Below, one piece after another: positions 28,421 through 38,212 of a stretch of DNA of 64,000 nt (position 1 is the stretch's first letter; each line of letters begins with the position of its first letter). Location of the stretch: positions 82,679 to 146,678 of the forward strand of contig CAZQZN010000002.1 in the NCBI GenBank assembly GCA_964597815.1, read 5' to 3'. This DNA comes from an uncultured bacterium (GTDB taxonomy: Bacteria; Margulisbacteria; WOR-1; JAKLHX01). A model generated the notes under the pieces. It was not told the origin of the DNA. It made no database searches and saw only the letters and a program-made list of their open reading frames with translations. Both the position numbers and the translations under genes were made by a program.

Positions 28421-29387
28421 CTATTCTTATTCTCGGATCAGCAATTAAATACAACAAATCAGCAAAAGCATTTCCAAGCAAAATAAGCACTGATGAAATA
28501 AATACTATACCCATTATCAAAGGATAATTTCTAGAAAAAACCGCACTAACACCAAGACGACCCATCCCCGGCCAACCAAAGATTGTTTCAATTATAAACG
28601 CCCCGGCAAAAAGATCCGGCAAGGACATTCCAACTATCGTGATTAGAGGAAGAAGAGAATTCCTTAAAGCATGTTTGAACAAAACTATGTTTTCAGGCAA
28701 ACCTTTAGCGCGTGCAGTTCTTATGTAATTTTGCTTCAAAACCTCAATAGTTGTTGATCTTATATATCTTGTTAATCCGGCAAAGCCGACAATAACCATA
28801 GTGGAAACAGGCAAAATTAAATGCAAAAAAATATCATATATTCTTAAATAGATTGGTGAGGTGGAAAGCAATGGGTTTGAAAATCCAGATGAAGGCAGGA
28901 TATTTAATTCAACAGAAAAAATCAACATCAACATCAAACCAACCCAAAAAGATGGCAAACTCATTCCAATAAAAGATAAAATAGAAACAATTTTATCCAG
29001 AAAGGAATCCTTTTTATAAGCTGAATAAACACCGAAAAAAATTGAAATCAGTAAAATAATAATAAATGCTGTTCCCATAAGAAGTAATGTGGCGGGAATT
29101 CTTTCCAAAATAAGTTCAAGCACAGGGCGATTGTACAAATATGCAATTCCAAAATCTCCTCTAATAACATTTTTTAGCCAGTAAAAAAATTGGATAATTA
29201 TTGGTTTGTCCAATCCCCAATTTGCTTTAATCCTTAAAAGTTCCTTTGAATCGATATTTGGATCAACAAATAACGCTGTTGGATCTCCCGGTGCAAGATG
29301 AATAATAAAAAATGAAATCAATGAAATTCCAAACACCATCGGAATTAAAACAGCTAGTTTTTTGAGAAACTTAACTAACAATTTCAA
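28407..29387 (-). CDS. Peptide ABC transporter permease (OppB/DppB-like)
   Basis: 326 aa. Typical OppB N-terminus (LKKLAVLIPMVFGISLISFFIIHLAPGDP). Confidence 0.8.
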   Translation of the reverse strand: MKLLVKFLKKLAVLIPMVFGISLISFFIIHLAPGDPTALFVDPNIDSKELLRIKANWGLDKPIIIQFFYWLKNVIRGDFGIAYLYNRPVLELILERIPATLLLMGTAFIIILLISIFFGVYSAYKKDSFLDKIVSILSFIGMSLPSFWVGLMLMLIFSVELNILPSSGFSNPLLSTSPIYLRIYDIFLHLILPVSTMVIVGFAGLTRYIRSTTIEVLKQNYIRTARAKGLPENIVLFKHALRNSLLPLITIVGMSLPDLFAGAFIIETIFGWPGMGRLGVSAVFSRNYPLIMGIVFISSVLILLGNAFADLLYLIADPRIRIDEND

Positions 29388-30991
29388 TCTCCTTGTTTGT
29401 CTTTGCTAATATAAACATTTTCTATATTAACAAACAAGCCTGCCGGACCGGGCTTTGACAAACCATGTATTTTCTTTGAGACAGCAACTAAACTTTTTGG
29501 ATACCAAAGAAAAATATACGGCTGTTGATAGGCAATAATTTTTTGAATTTGCGAATAGATTCGCTTTCTTTGATTAAAATCAATTGTCGTCCTACCCTCT
29601 TCTAATAATCTGTCAACAGTTGGATCTGAAAACCCAATAAAATTTAAACCATAAGGATATTGAGATGAATGCCAAATGCTGTAAGAATCTGGATCTATTC
29701 CAAGCGACCAACCAATTATTACAGAATCAAAATCTTTTCTGGCTGAATTTAACTTTTTTACCAAGGAGCTCCATTCCATAAGACGGATATTTACTTTTGC
29801 GCCAATTTTTTTATATTGCCATTGTAAGATTACTGCCGCTTTTTCTCTCTCTTTATTGCCTTGATTTACCAAAATAGTAAATTCTAATTTTTTCCCATTT
29901 TTCTCTCTAATTCCATCGCTGCCTAAAATCCATCCAGCTTCATCCAAAATAGCATTTGCTTTTTTTAGATCAAAATTATATTTTTCTGTATCACTTTCAA
30001 ACATAGAACTTACAGGAGACATCGGACCAAAGGCCGGTTTTGCCAATCCTCTGAAAATCAGATTTAAAAGCTGCGTTTTGTCTGTCGCATAAGCAAGAGC
30101 CTGTCTTACTCTTATATCTGAAAAAATTTCGTTTTTTAAATTGAAGCCAAGATAAACATATACCAAAGAATCATATTCAAAAACATTGCAATTCTTTAAT
30201 TTTTTAGCCCTATTAAAATCTTTTGGTGGAATATCGCTTACATCAACTTGTCCAGACTCCAAAGCAACAAAACGTGCATTTTCATCAGGAATTATTTTAT
30301 AAATAATCCCGCTGATTTTGGGGGGCCCATCAAAATATTTTGGATTTTTTTCAAGCACTACTCTTTCCGATTTTATCCACTCTTTGAACATAAAAGGCCC
30401 ACACCCAATAGGTTTTGTGTTAAACTCAGCAGTATTTAAATCTTTATCAAAAAGAAGATGTTTTGGCAATATGCCTATACCCATTCGGCTCAAAATCGGG
30501 GCAAAAGGTTTTGGCAAAATTACTTTAAAAATGTAAGGCCCATCGGTTTCAAATTTAATTGGAACTCCATCAATAATGTAATCACCTCTCCTGACAGAAT
30601 TAACTTTTGGATTGAGAATCGAATCAAATGTAAATTTCACATCGTAAGAAGTTAATTTTTCGCCATCATGCCAATAGACATCATCTCTTAAATAAAAGAT
30701 ATATTCTTTGCCACCATTTTTTATCTCCCAGCTCTTTGCAATATCAGGAACAATCTCTAGATTTTCGTTTATCTTTGTAAGGCCAGAAAAAATAAAACCT
30801 TCAACAGCAGACGAAGCTGAATCACTTGACAATATAGGGTTTAATATAGAAATATCACCGCTTAAAGCAAATATTATTGTGTTTTCTTTAGTCAATCTTT
30901 CTGTCTTTGTTTGACAACCTTCAAAAGCAATTACAATGAATAAAAAGACAACGGTAAATAAAAAAAAGACAACTGTTGTTTTATTCATCAT
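29384..30991 (-). CDS. ABC transporter substrate-binding protein, family 5 (OppA/DppA-like)
   Basis: 535 aa, signal peptide, size and motifs of SBP family 5. First gene of the minus-strand opp operon. Confidence 0.75.
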   Translation of the reverse strand: MMNKTTVVFFLFTVVFLFIVIAFEGCQTKTERLTKENTIIFALSGDISILNPILSSDSASSAVEGFIFSGLTKINENLEIVPDIAKSWEIKNGGKEYIFYLRDDVYWHDGEKLTSYDVKFTFDSILNPKVNSVRRGDYIIDGVPIKFETDGPYIFKVILPKPFAPILSRMGIGILPKHLLFDKDLNTAEFNTKPIGCGPFMFKEWIKSERVVLEKNPKYFDGPPKISGIIYKIIPDENARFVALESGQVDVSDIPPKDFNRAKKLKNCNVFEYDSLVYVYLGFNLKNEIFSDIRVRQALAYATDKTQLLNLIFRGLAKPAFGPMSPVSSMFESDTEKYNFDLKKANAILDEAGWILGSDGIREKNGKKLEFTILVNQGNKEREKAAVILQWQYKKIGAKVNIRLMEWSSLVKKLNSARKDFDSVIIGWSLGIDPDSYSIWHSSQYPYGLNFIGFSDPTVDRLLEEGRTTIDFNQRKRIYSQIQKIIAYQQPYIFLWYPKSLVAVSKKIHGLSKPGPAGLFVNIENVYISKDKQGD

Positions 30992-31412
30992 TTGTCAACT
31001 TCAAAATAACTTTTTCTCCGGTCTTGTTATAAGCTATTATCTCATATTTGTTTGAAGCCATATCATAGTTATAAACAATTTTGCCGCTAACATCAGAATC
31101 CTGATATTCTTTCCCAGTAAATGGATTCTTAGGAATGCTATTTGCAACATCCGCAACAATAAGATAATTTTCATAAAGATTTCTTAAAGAAATATTCGAC
31201 GCTATGGGATAAGTTTCATTTACCATATTGTATGATTCTACTGCAACTTTAACATTATGCGCTATAGATTTTACAGCCATCTCTTTTGAACGTTCCTGCA
31301 CTTTTGAAAATGTCGGAAGCAAAAAAGCTATCAAAATACTTATAACAGACATTACAATCAAAAGTTCAATTATTGTAAATCCCCTCCTAAAAAAATGCCT
31401 CATTATTTTCAC
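30981..31412 (-). CDS. Pilin/pseudopilin with canonical prepilin leader (GspG/PilA-like)
   Basis: 143 aa. MKIMRHFFRRG|FTIIELLIVMSVISILIA, with canonical Gly at -1. Confidence 0.75.
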   Translation of the reverse strand: MKIMRHFFRRGFTIIELLIVMSVISILIAFLLPTFSKVQERSKEMAVKSIAHNVKVAVESYNMVNETYPIASNISLRNLYENYLIVADVANSIPKNPFTGKEYQDSDVSGKIVYNYDMASNKYEIIAYNKTGEKVILKLTNDE

Positions 31413-31418
31413 CTCCCT

Positions 31419-32402
31419 TTATTGTATTTTATCAATCAAAATCGTTATTGGAGTCAACATTGAAAACACTATAACTGCCGCAAAAAAACCAACAAACAAA
31501 GTTGCTAACGGTTCAACCATAAGAGAAAAGCTCTTAATGAAATCTTTTATATCATCGAATATAATTTCATAAGCAGTTTTAAAACTATGCGGCAAATCCC
31601 CTGTCTCTTCACCAAGCAAAGCCATTTTTACGCAAATGTCTTCAAAAATACTGCTAGTTTTAAACGCCTCAGATATTTTTTGTCCTTTTTCAATTTCGTT
31701 TTTTATTTCAGAAATATCATCAGAAAAATTTGAAGATAAAAATGGAATTTTAGCTTTTTCAAGTGCAATGTTTATTGGAACACCATATTGCAAAAGCATC
31801 GACAGATCAGCCATAAATCTGAGCAACAAGACTTTTTTATATATTTTGCCAAAAACAGGCAACAAAAAAATAACTTTTTCAAGAAATTTTCTAACAACAA
31901 TGTTTTTTGAAAAATTTTTTATAAAAATCCAGAAAAGCGCACACAAAAAAACAAATCCAATCAAAACTTTTGCAAAAAGCGCAATGTAAAAAAAAGCAGG
32001 AATATCTTTTACGCCCATTGTATAAAAAACAGATTCAATTTGAGGAATGATATAAAAAGAGAAAAATATCACAGAAAAAATAGAAAAGAGAAAAATAATT
32101 GAAGGATAAGCAAATGCGTTTATTAACATATGCTTTTGTTCAATCTCAAAAGAAATTGATTTGCAAGCCATTGATGCCGCTTTGGATATATCTCCACTAA
32201 ATTCTCCTAATTCAAAATATGAAAGGATTTTTTCTGAAAAAATACTCTTGCAGGATTTTGAAAAGGGAAGCCCCTGTTTTACCATTTCGATCGATTTGTT
32301 TGGAAATTTTGATAATATCATGGATTTTTCGATAGGTATGCCTTCTGATAAAAGCTTTGAGAATTTTTTTAACAAAATCAGCTGTTCTTTTTCTTTTAAC
32401 AT
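31419..32402 (-). CDS. Type II secretion system F-family (GspF/PilC-like) platform protein, short form
   Basis: 327 aa. T2SSF-like segments (GEETGDL near the C-terminus) and three TM helices. Shorter than canonical PilC. Confidence 0.55.
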   Translation of the reverse strand: MLKEKEQLILLKKFSKLLSEGIPIEKSMILSKFPNKSIEMVKQGLPFSKSCKSIFSEKILSYFELGEFSGDISKAASMACKSISFEIEQKHMLINAFAYPSIIFLFSIFSVIFFSFYIIPQIESVFYTMGVKDIPAFFYIALFAKVLIGFVFLCALFWIFIKNFSKNIVVRKFLEKVIFLLPVFGKIYKKVLLLRFMADLSMLLQYGVPINIALEKAKIPFLSSNFSDDISEIKNEIEKGQKISEAFKTSSIFEDICVKMALLGEETGDLPHSFKTAYEIIFDDIKDFIKSFSLMVEPLATLFVGFFAAVIVFSMLTPITILIDKIQ

Positions 32403-32407
32403 AAAAG

Positions 32408-33178
32408 TTAAGTATTTTTTAAAGAGAAAAACTTTATAGCATTTTTTGTCGTTATTTCGGCAACAGCTTCCATCGGCGTTTTTTTTATTTCAGCAATTTT
32501 ATTGGCAGTATGAATTAAATAGGACGGTTCATTTCTTTTGCCTCTATAAATTTGGGGGGCCAAATATGGACAATCAGTTTCAAGCATAATAAAGTCCAAA
32601 GGAACAAACCTTACAACTTCTCTCAATTCTTCAGCATTTTTGAAAGTAATAATAGCCGTAAATGAAATAAAAAAGCCCATATCCAATACTTTTTTCGCAT
32701 AGTTTTTGTCACTCGAAAAACAATGAAATACTCCCCTAACATTTTCATCTTTCAAAATTTCAAGCATATCTTCTTCCGCAGACCTTCCATGGAGTATTAT
32801 TGGCAAATCATTTTTTTTTGCAAGATCTAAATGAAATAGGAATGACTCTTTTTGAACATCTTTTCTTATTGGATTTTGAAAATAATCAAGCCCGGTTTCA
32901 CCAATAGCAACAACCTCAACATCATTGCAAAGTTTGTTTAAAACTTTTTTTGCATCTTCATTCAGAGCATTTGCATGATGAGGATGAATCCCTATAGCAG
33001 CGAAAATATTTTTGTGTTTTTTTGCAAGATCAACAGATTTTATTGAGGAATCCATATCAAAAGACGCATTTATAATATATTTGATATCAGATGACTTTGC
33101 TCTTGATAATACTTCTTCCAAATCATTAAAATCCGGCATAGTTAAATGAGCATGAGTATCAATTAGCATCTTATTCAT
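32408..33178 (-). CDS. tatD: TatD-family metal-dependent hydrolase (DNase)
   Basis: 256 aa. MLIDTHAHL and GETGLDY motifs. Confidence 0.85.
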   Translation of the reverse strand: MNKMLIDTHAHLTMPDFNDLEEVLSRAKSSDIKYIINASFDMDSSIKSVDLAKKHKNIFAAIGIHPHHANALNEDAKKVLNKLCNDVEVVAIGETGLDYFQNPIRKDVQKESFLFHLDLAKKNDLPIILHGRSAEEDMLEILKDENVRGVFHCFSSDKNYAKKVLDMGFFISFTAIITFKNAEELREVVRFVPLDFIMLETDCPYLAPQIYRGKRNEPSYLIHTANKIAEIKKTPMEAVAEITTKNAIKFFSLKNT

Positions 33179-34679
33179 TTTGGATTTTTGGGAAAAGGGG
33201 CTGAATTTTTTTTACTTTCATTTCCCTGTCATCTGCAACGCAAAAATTTTCAAAGCTTATACCAAGCTGTTCCTGCATTTTTTTGGAGGTTTCAGGCATG
33301 ACAGGGCTAATCAAAAAAGAAATTACCCTTAAAGATTCATATAACAAAGACAAAACCGTAGCCAGTGAGTCATTCATATTGTTTTTTGCCAGAACCCATG
33401 GAGCCTTTTTTTCAATGTAAGAATTTGCAAAACTTATCAATTCCCAAACTACAGAAATCGCTTCCGTTATTTGAACTTCTTCCATATTTTTATTAAAAGT
33501 AGAAGGAGTTTTAATAATCAACGCTTCAAATGTTTTATCTAAACTATCTTTTGCTGATGTAAGCTTTGGAACAGTTCCATTAAAATATTTTTCGATCATT
33601 GCAATCGTTCTGCTTAAAAGATTGCCTAAATCATTTGCTAAATCAGCGTTATATCTATTTATAAGCGACTTTTTTGAAAAATCTCCATCAGTGCCAAAAG
33701 GAACTTCTCTTATCAAGAAATATCTTACAGCATCAACGCCAAACTCTTCTGTAAGTTTTATTGGATCTACAACATTGCCTTTTGATTTGCTCATTTTATC
33801 TCCCTCAACTGTCCACCAGCCATGTCCGAAAACTTTCTTTGGTAGCGGCAGATCAAGGGCCATAAGCATTATTGGCCAAATTACGGCATGAAATCTAACA
33901 ATTTCTTTTCCCATCAGATGAATATCTGCAGGCCACCATTTGTTAAACTTATCTTTATCAAACGGATATCCAATTGCTGAAATGTAATTTATGAGAGCGT
34001 CAAACCAAACATAAACAACATGTTTTTTGTCAAACGGCACCGGCACTCCCCAAGAAAAATTTGAACGGCTGACATTTTGATCCTTTAAGCCACTTTCGAC
34101 AAATTTAATGATCTCATTTCTGCGAGATTGTGGCTGGATAAAATCAGGGTTATCAATAATATATTTAAGGAGTTTATCCTGATATTTGGAGAGCGCAAAA
34201 AAATATGATTCTTCTTTGACCAAAGCGACTTCTCTGCCGCAATCAGGACATGTGTTTTTGCCGGAAAGTTGGAATTGCGTCCAATATGATTCACAAGAAG
34301 TGCAATAATATCCTTCATAAATTCCTTTGTAAATATCACCTTTTTGATATAATGCATCAAAAACATATTGAACTGTTTTAACATGGTTTTCATCAGTTGT
34401 TCTAATAAAATAGTCGTATTGTATATTTAATTTTTCCCAAGCTGACTTGAAACGTACAACAATTGAATCCACAAAATCTTTCTCTTTCATATTCTTTGCA
34501 TTAGCTTGTATAGCAATTTTCATGCCATGTTCATCAGTGCCAGTCAAAAAGAAAACATCGTATCCTTGTGATCTTTTCCAGCGAGCAATAATATCAGTGG
34601 CTATTTGAGTGTATGCATGGCCAATATGCGGCACATCATTTATGTAATAAATAGGGGTAGTAATATAAAATTTAGCCAT
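33171..34679 (-). CDS. metG: Methionine--tRNA ligase
   Basis: 502 aa. HIGH motif (PHIGHAY), KMSKS motif, zinc knuckle CTSC...CPDC. Confidence 0.9.
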   Translation of the reverse strand: MAKFYITTPIYYINDVPHIGHAYTQIATDIIARWKRSQGYDVFFLTGTDEHGMKIAIQANAKNMKEKDFVDSIVVRFKSAWEKLNIQYDYFIRTTDENHVKTVQYVFDALYQKGDIYKGIYEGYYCTSCESYWTQFQLSGKNTCPDCGREVALVKEESYFFALSKYQDKLLKYIIDNPDFIQPQSRRNEIIKFVESGLKDQNVSRSNFSWGVPVPFDKKHVVYVWFDALINYISAIGYPFDKDKFNKWWPADIHLMGKEIVRFHAVIWPIMLMALDLPLPKKVFGHGWWTVEGDKMSKSKGNVVDPIKLTEEFGVDAVRYFLIREVPFGTDGDFSKKSLINRYNADLANDLGNLLSRTIAMIEKYFNGTVPKLTSAKDSLDKTFEALIIKTPSTFNKNMEEVQITEAISVVWELISFANSYIEKKAPWVLAKNNMNDSLATVLSLLYESLRVISFLISPVMPETSKKMQEQLGISFENFCVADDREMKVKKIQPLFPKIQNE

Positions 34680-34736
34680 CTTTAAGAGAAATTATATCAC
34701 AGTAGTTTTAAGCAAAACTGTTGAAAAAAACCACGA

Positions 34737-35663
34737 TTAAGTTATTTCTTTTGTTAAATCAACAAATTCAATTTTGTCATCTTTAACAAAAACATATCCA
34801 AACCTGTCTTTAGAAGCATCTATTAAATAATGATTCTCAAAAAGTTTATCGTACCAGTTGCCTTGTGGATGAGTATGACCAACAAAAAAATTTGTATTAG
34901 GAATATTTAACCTTGACAAGAAATTATTGACTGAATTCTGGTCATAATCACCATAAAAATATCTGCTCCAAATCAATTGATAAACAAAATGATGTGTGAG
35001 ATTAGAATATAATAAAAACTGCTCAAAATCTTCCCTCTTAAAACGAGTATCAATCGGCCCAGCGTGAGCTGCAACAAAATTTCTGCCAATCGCAATCAAA
35101 GGCAGATTTTCCAAAAATGACAAAAAATTCTGCAGATATTCTATCCCATACAATTCATTTATTCTTTTTGCTGTAAACTCGCACTGATAAATTTTTTCGC
35201 CTGTCGTTTTTTCTATCCTGTAAAATGGCAGCCAATAATTATCATGGTTCCCCATTAAATAAACAAAATTGCTGTGCTTTTTTGCCGATAAGATTAGCTC
35301 CATTATATGCTGCATTATTTGTATTGTGCTGTCAACTTCTTTCAAATCTTTTTCGTTGTGCTGTGCATCTCCTAACAAGATCACCGAACTTTCCCCTGAT
35401 ATCATCTTCCCCAAGTTATTGTTATGAACCATTATCGCTGATAAATTATCTACTCTGGCATGAAGATCCCCAACAAGAATTGCACTGTTGAATCCAGCAG
35501 AAGAAATATCGTAAATTATTCCTTTCTTGAATTTATTGGATGAAAGAATATTATTGCACATCTTTAGCTGATCAATCGCTTGTCTTGGCGGTAAAATACC
35601 CTTAAATCCCGCAATAGGGGATCTTTGCAATGACCCTAACACCGAATAATTGATATTTACCAA
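34737..35663 (-). CDS. Calcineurin-like metallophosphoesterase
   Basis: 308 aa. GDLHA, LLGD and GNHD motifs. Confidence 0.7.
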   Translation of the reverse strand: MVNINYSVLGSLQRSPIAGFKGILPPRQAIDQLKMCNNILSSNKFKKGIIYDISSAGFNSAILVGDLHARVDNLSAIMVHNNNLGKMISGESSVILLGDAQHNEKDLKEVDSTIQIMQHIMELILSAKKHSNFVYLMGNHDNYWLPFYRIEKTTGEKIYQCEFTAKRINELYGIEYLQNFLSFLENLPLIAIGRNFVAAHAGPIDTRFKREDFEQFLLYSNLTHHFVYQLIWSRYFYGDYDQNSVNNFLSRLNIPNTNFFVGHTHPQGNWYDKLFENHYLIDASKDRFGYVFVKDDKIEFVDLTKEIT

Positions 35664-35734
35664 AGAAAGAATTCCTTATTAATATAACATTCAAATTATT
35701 TTCGAAAAAAAGAGTTTAAAATTGCATGAAACAA

Positions 35735-36889
35735 CTACATTAATTCAAACGGAAAAATTATTCTTATATGAGTGACATTTGACAGCGCATTGAACGACCA
35801 ATCCGGCAACGGTTTTGATGTGTCAGGATCAAGCTCTAACAAAGGCATTGGCCACCAGAAATCACTTCCTTCAATTTTTACATCAACAAGATATCTTTCA
35901 AGAGCTTTGTTTATCCAATCGTTTTCTTCAAGAGTTGACTCGATATATAAAGGCCTGAGATAACCGGAGAATAACGGCGGCATTCCTTCCAAAAATTCTT
36001 CCTTTCCTTCAATTGGCGCGACTATCATCCATTGTGTTAGCAAAAGCGCGTTTGCCATTTCCGAACTTTGTGAATGCTTAAAAGGTATTATCTGAAAACC
36101 GCCAACGTTGTCAATTCTAGAAGTTGAAATATCTATAACACCTGAATGATTAGCTCTTATTCTTCCTATAGAAGAATATCTTGTACCAACGAATCTGCCA
36201 ACTCCCTTTACAGGTTTTGTTACCTGACCAATTATTTCCTCTTGATCTCCAAAATAAACAGCTTTAACAAGACCGCCTTCCTTATTTTCAAAAACAATCG
36301 ACTTTGGTAGAATTTCCGGACACAAAACCTGAATTATTATTACATCACCTATTTCGGGTACATAATCTTCTTCCAAGAGTTCTGCATCAGAGATACCCCT
36401 TTTGTAATAAACAGGATTCCCAACAAAAGGAGATTGTAATCCGCCAAAAATTTTGGTGCCGGCGTTTATATCAACATATATTGAAGAATCGGGACTAAAA
36501 AATGAATTATAATTTGCTGGAGGATTTAACATTTGAATCGGAATAATGGAAAACACTACTCCTTTTGCTTCAAGAGTATTGTCCCCCGTTTTTATATGAA
36601 TTGCATTAACTGATGTTGCGGCAACTGCTGAAGGTTTCGCCCATTTGCTTGCAGTATATCCCCTTTCATTAACTTTTTGGCTGGGATAAATCACTCTTCC
36701 TAAAACTTCTATAGTCTGATTTTGATTATCAAAACAGAAAACTAACCCTTGCGGTTTGTTTTCAATATAAATTGTGTAAAGCAACTTATAAAATTGTTTC
36801 CCATGTATCCCAAGGGCGAATGCCCCTCTTGAAAAAATCAAGAAAAATAAAAGAAAAACGCAAAAATTTTTCAGGTTAAATTTTTTCAT
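35735..36889 (-). CDS. Hypothetical secreted protein
   Basis: Start taken at the internal ATG (MKKFNLKNFCVFLLFFLIFSRGAFALG signal peptide), forming an ATGA overlap with the upstream transporter gene. No recognised domain. Confidence 0.5.
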   Translation of the reverse strand: MKKFNLKNFCVFLLFFLIFSRGAFALGIHGKQFYKLLYTIYIENKPQGLVFCFDNQNQTIEVLGRVIYPSQKVNERGYTASKWAKPSAVAATSVNAIHIKTGDNTLEAKGVVFSIIPIQMLNPPANYNSFFSPDSSIYVDINAGTKIFGGLQSPFVGNPVYYKRGISDAELLEEDYVPEIGDVIIIQVLCPEILPKSIVFENKEGGLVKAVYFGDQEEIIGQVTKPVKGVGRFVGTRYSSIGRIRANHSGVIDISTSRIDNVGGFQIIPFKHSQSSEMANALLLTQWMIVAPIEGKEEFLEGMPPLFSGYLRPLYIESTLEENDWINKALERYLVDVKIEGSDFWWPMPLLELDPDTSKPLPDWSFNALSNVTHIRIIFPFELM

Positions 36890-38184
36890 TGAAATGCTAT
36901 TACCGCGCCAATTATCAACCCTAAAGCTGCAACTATCCACATATAGGGAATCGTCTTTTTCAAAATATCTTGCGTGTTTAAATCAAGATAGTTTGCTATC
37001 CAAACATTGTGTGTATTTGTCGGATCACATACACCCTGTATCTGGCCCACAGACATAAGTGCAACCATAATAGCAAATGGCGTAAGCATTTTTGAAGAAA
37101 GTATTATGCCAACCAAACCAGCTCCCATTCCCCAAATATTTAGCGGGCCCCTATATAGAGTTAGAGGCGACAAAACACTAAACGCCAAAACAAATTTTAT
37201 TGGATTGTCTGGTATTATTCGCGAGATTAATGGCAATAATTTTTCAAAAACAGCGGGATGGGAAACAGAATTTAACAACATTCCTATGCCCATAATTATC
37301 GCAACTGCCGGCCCAACCGATCCGATCCCCTCAACAACCGATTTGACCAAAATATTCAAACTTTTGTCCTTGTCAAAAGTAAAAACATATCCCCAAGCCA
37401 AACCTACAAGCATAGCGGCAATAATTGGAAATTCAAAAGGATTAGACGGCTTAAATAAAATGTTATAAGCAGTAAATCCAAAAACGATCACAATCGGAAT
37501 AATGGGGGTGAGCATCGCAAAAAAAGAAATGTTCTTTGGATTAGTATCTTCGCTTTTAATATCCCAACCTTTTGAAAGCCCTTTCAGTCTCATTTCTACA
37601 AGCAAGAAAACGACAATTGTGACTGCAAAAACAACTGACAAAGGAACAGCAAATTTAATCATATCTTTTTGAGAAAGACCTAAAACGGTGATATATAATT
37701 GCCAATTAGTTAAGTTAAAAATTCCACCAAGCCCAAGCGCCATTAAAAAAATCGAAGCAGCTGTAATTCTGGAAAGCCCTATTGACAACATTATTGGCAG
37801 TGCTATTGAAGCAACCATTATGACAGATCCAAGCCCCCCTAAAACAGAAAATAATACTGAAACAGCAGCAACAGAAACTAAAGTTGCTACAATAGGATTA
37901 TCTCCAGAATATTCAGCAATTTTTTTTATCATTGATTCCGCTATTTTCGAGTTGCTAACAAATTGGGAAAGCATTGAGCCAATCATCACTGTTACTATTG
38001 GGACACTCAGCCTGACAGCACCATCAGAAATAACATTAGATGCAATTTCTCTAAGCGGCATGCCAGAGATCAACGCTATCAAAAAAGCCATTAATGGAAG
38101 AGCAACAAGTGCAGGAAGTTTGTTCAAATACATCAAAACAGCAAAACAAAGAAAAATCAAAATTATTATTAAGCCGATTAACAT
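36886..38184 (-). CDS. Polytopic membrane transporter (ion-transporter superfamily, GntP/DcuC/NhaC-like)
   Basis: 432 aa with about 12 hydrophobic helices. Family assignment is tentative. Confidence 0.5.
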   Translation of the reverse strand: MLIGLIIILIFLCFAVLMYLNKLPALVALPLMAFLIALISGMPLREIASNVISDGAVRLSVPIVTVMIGSMLSQFVSNSKIAESMIKKIAEYSGDNPIVATLVSVAAVSVLFSVLGGLGSVIMVASIALPIMLSIGLSRITAASIFLMALGLGGIFNLTNWQLYITVLGLSQKDMIKFAVPLSVVFAVTIVVFLLVEMRLKGLSKGWDIKSEDTNPKNISFFAMLTPIIPIVIVFGFTAYNILFKPSNPFEFPIIAAMLVGLAWGYVFTFDKDKSLNILVKSVVEGIGSVGPAVAIIMGIGMLLNSVSHPAVFEKLLPLISRIIPDNPIKFVLAFSVLSPLTLYRGPLNIWGMGAGLVGIILSSKMLTPFAIMVALMSVGQIQGVCDPTNTHNVWIANYLDLNTQDILKKTIPYMWIVAALGLIIGAVIAFQ

Positions 38185-38212
38185 TTCAAAGAAATTATAT
38201 CACGGCACAGCT

